Part shown: positions 60,939 through 64,000 of the stretch, piece by piece
How positions within the stretch are numbered: the stretch's first letter is position 1
Layout of the letters: every line of letters begins with the position of its first letter
Origin: the human T2T-CHM13v2.0 reference genome, Homo sapiens
Reading direction: 5' to 3' (one strand)
Assembly: GCF_009914755.1 (NCBI RefSeq)
Contig: NC_060929.1
Length of the DNA: 64,000 nucleotides
Notes under the pieces: model-generated
The model's input: only the letters and a program-made list of their open reading frames with translations
Told to the model about the DNA's origin: nothing
The model's database searches: none
Translations under genes and position numbers: made by a program

Positions 60939-61130
60939 AGCCAGGCATGCTGGCTCATGCCTGTAATCCTAGCACTTCGGGAGGCTGAGGTGGGTAGGTC
61001 ACTTGAGTTCAAAACCAGCCTGGGCAAACATGGCAAATCCCCATCTCTACCAAAAATATAAAAATTAGCCAGTCTCATAACCCAGTCTCTAAGTAAATAA
61101 ATAAATAGATTAAAAATTAAAAATAAAATG
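60939..61130 (+). mobile_element. AluJ-like left monomer with atypical 3' end
   Basis: Left arm and linker to ttagccag (61072), then tctcataacccagtctct and an A-rich tail. Confidence 0.8.
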
Positions 61131-62043
61131 ATTAAAAATATAAAAAAGACAGAAAATTATGACCATTGAAATAAAGGCAATCAATTAACATAACAGTTTC
61201 TGAAAATGAAATTTTAAAAAAATTGACAACAGGGATCTAAAGACAGATTCAAGCAGGCAGAGGAAAGAATCAGCAAAATCAAATATATTACAATAAAAAT
61301 TATTGAGGTAGAAGAACAACAAAAAAGAGAATATTGAAGAAATGAAGAAAGCCTAAGGGACATGTGGGACATCATCAAGAGGAATAAATACCCATTGAGG
61401 TAGTCTCAGAATGGGAAGAGAGAAAGAACGGGGCAGACAGACTATCTGGAAGAAATAATGGCTGAAAACTTTTCAAATTTTATGAAAAATGAATATAAAC
61501 ATCCCAGATACTCAACAAACTTTAAGTAAGATGAACTCAAAGAGACCCACACTATAACACGTTATAATACAGCATTTCAAAGACAAAGACAATGAGAGAA
61601 TCTTGAAAGCAGTAAGAGAGAAAAAACTTGTCACATACAAGAGATCGTCAATAAGATTATCAGTAGATTTCTCACCAAAAACTTTGAAGGATAGAAGGCA
61701 GTGGGCCAACATATTCAAAAAATACTAAAAAAAAAAAAAACAAAAACAAACAAAAAAAAAACAAACTGTCAGCCAAACTTTGATATCCAAAAAATGTCTT
61801 ACAAAAGTGAGAGAGAAATTACGACATTTTCAGTTAATTAAAGAAGGAATTTGTTACCACTATAGCTGACCTGAAAAATATACCCTGGGGAATTCTGCAG
61901 GGCAAAATGAAAAGAAACTGGACGGTAACTCAAATCCGTATGAAGAAATACAAATCTCAGTGAAAGTACATATAGGGGCAATTATAAATGTTAGCAATAT
62001 TCTAGCAAGGGCTTGTAACTGTACATTTTTGTTTTCTACATGA

Positions 62044-62235
<192 letters not shown>

Positions 62236-62477
62236 TAAAAGCTATTGTAATGTTTAACTCTGGTTAGTTACTCTAGATTTTGTTTTCTATATAATTTTAA
62301 AGACAATTCATTTAAGAGAACTACCAGTTTATGTTTTGGGGAATACAATGTATAAAGAAGTAATTTTGTGTCATCAAAAACCAAGAGAGGTAGGAATGGA
62401 GTTGTTGAAGGATAAGAATTTTCGTGTTACTGAAGTTAATCTGATGTACCTTTAAGGCAGAGTGGTATAACTTTTAG

Positions 62478-62645
62478 GAGTATAGAGTTTCAATTTTATA
62501 AGATGAAAAAAGTTTGGAGTTGGAAGGTGATCAATAATGGTCACCTAACACTATGAATGTATTTAATGACAGTGGACTGGACATTTAAAAATAGTTAAGG
62601 GGTAAATTTTATGTTATGTACATTTTACCACAATAAAAATGTTGG
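62478..62645 (+). mobile_element. L1MB-like 3' terminus
   Basis: gtatagagtttcaattttataagatgaaaaaagtt...ggtaaattttatgttatgtacattttaccacaataaaaa. Confidence 0.75.
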
Positions 62646-62659
62646 AAATATTAATAATT

Positions 62660-64000
62660 ACCCAATTACAAAATGGGGCAGGATGTTAAGAGGTTTCTTT
62701 TAAAAAGTTATACAATTGGCCAAAAAATATTTAAAAACCTCTCAATATCATTATACTTAAAATAATGGAAGTAATAATATCATTACCAAATAATATCATT
62801 ATGGAACTTCAAAAGAACAAGAAAATAGGAACACTTTTACACTGTTGGTGGGACTGTAAACTAGTTCAACCATTGTGGAAGTCAGTGTGGCGATTCCTCA
62901 GGGATCTAGAACTAGAAATACCATTTGACCCAGCCATCCCATTACTAGGTATATACCCAAATGACTATAAATCATGCTGCTATAAAGACACATGCACACG
63001 TATGTTTATTGCGGCACTATTCACAATAGCAAAGACTTGGAACCAACCCAAATGTCCAACAATGATAGACTGGATTAAGAAAATGTGGCACATATACACC
63101 ATGGAATACTATGCAGCCATAAAAAATGATGAGTTCACGTCCTTTGTAGGGACATGGATGAAATTGGAAACCATCATTCTCAGTAAACTATCGCAAGAAC
63201 AAAAAACCAAACACCACATATTCTCACTCATAGGTGGGAACTGAACAATGAGATCACATGGACACAGGAAGGGGAATATCACACTCTGGGGACTGTGGTG
63301 GGGTGGGGGGAGGGGGGAGGGATAGCATTGGGAGATATACCTAATGCTAGATGACGAGTTAGTGGGTGCAGCGCACCAGCATGGCACATGTATACATATG
63401 TAACTAACCTGCACAATGTGCACATGTACCCTAAAACTTAAAGTATAAAAAAAAAAAAAGAACAAGAAAAATCCACTGCACAGTCACTAGCATGGAAATA
63501 ATTTAAAGTATATATAATATGCATTAGGATGTAGAGAAATCAAAACCTTTATATATTGTTAGAAATATAAAATGATGCAGCCATTCGGAAAACGGTCTGA
63601 CAGTTCTTAGAAAAGATGACCATAAAGTTGCCATGTAATACAGCACTCTCACTAGTAGGTATGCAACTAAGGGAAATGATAAAACGTAAAGCATATACAT
63701 GAATGTTCATAGCAGTATTATTCTTAACAAAAGGTCAAAACAGCCTAAATGCTATCAACTGATGAACGCACAGATAAAATATGGTACTCCCATAGAATGG
63801 AAAAGTATTCTACCTTAAGAAGAAACAAATAATTGATACATGCTACAATCATGGATAAACCTTGAAAACTATGCTAAATGAAAGAAGCTACACATAAATA
63901 ACCACATATTGGATAATTCCATTTATATGTTCTTGAATAGGCAAACATTATTCCATTTATATTGACTTAAATAGGCAAATCCTTAGAGAATAAAAGTAGA
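62660..64000 (+). mobile_element. Old L1M (L1ME/MC-like) ORF2 end and 3'UTR hosting the L1PA2
   Basis: caaaatggggcaggat..., catgaatgttcatagcagtattatt, catggataaaccttgaaaac, attccatttatatg. Runs off the window end. Confidence 0.65.
62826..63455 (+). mobile_element. 5'-truncated L1PA2-type LINE-1
   Basis: Near-consensus ORF2 C-terminus and 3'UTR. Has gagatcacatgg and cacaatgtgc, and GAG (agatgacgagttagtggg) rather than the L1HS ACA/ACG. Perfect 15-bp TSD aaaagaacaagaaaa at 62811-62825 and 63456-63470. Confidence 0.95.

Noticed and set aside
62765-63244. 159-aa ORF with HCWWDC motif
   Set aside because: This is the L1 ORF2 C-terminus in frame by chance with an upstream flank ATG. There is no promoter evidence.

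Overview
AT-rich, gene-poor primate genomic DNA, almost certainly human (it contains an AluYa5 with all five diagnostic bases and an L1PA2-type 3' end). Most of the window is layered transposable-element sequence. It holds a full-length HERV-L provirus with two MLT2A1-type LTRs (41032-47580), a full-length but decayed L1PA6-like LINE-1 (27439-33582, minus), and an end-to-end L1PA8/10-like copy whose 5'UTR is fused straight to ORF2. It also has many truncated L1s (two with twin-priming-type 5' inversions), a half MER4 provirus, MaLR solo LTRs, Tigger1, Tigger3b, MER2 and MER63 DNA transposons, Alus, MIR/L2 relics and microsatellites. I cannot support any host protein-coding gene, RNA gene or CRISPR array: every recognisable ORF in the track is a piece of L1, Alu, Tigger or ERV, and the rest look like chance ORFs. 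I did not find a convincingly new biological system. The best leads are the HERV-L (asymmetric DUX4-like motifs in its LTRs, a 272-codon open integrase-dUTPase frame, an in-frame gag-TGA-pro junction), the ORF1-less L1, a possibly polymorphic AluYa5, an unexplained old ~240-bp tandem duplication, an odd Alu monomer with a non-Alu tail and a compound TAATTA palindrome. Subfamily names come from recalled consensus sequences, not from a search. Boundaries of old elements are approximate.
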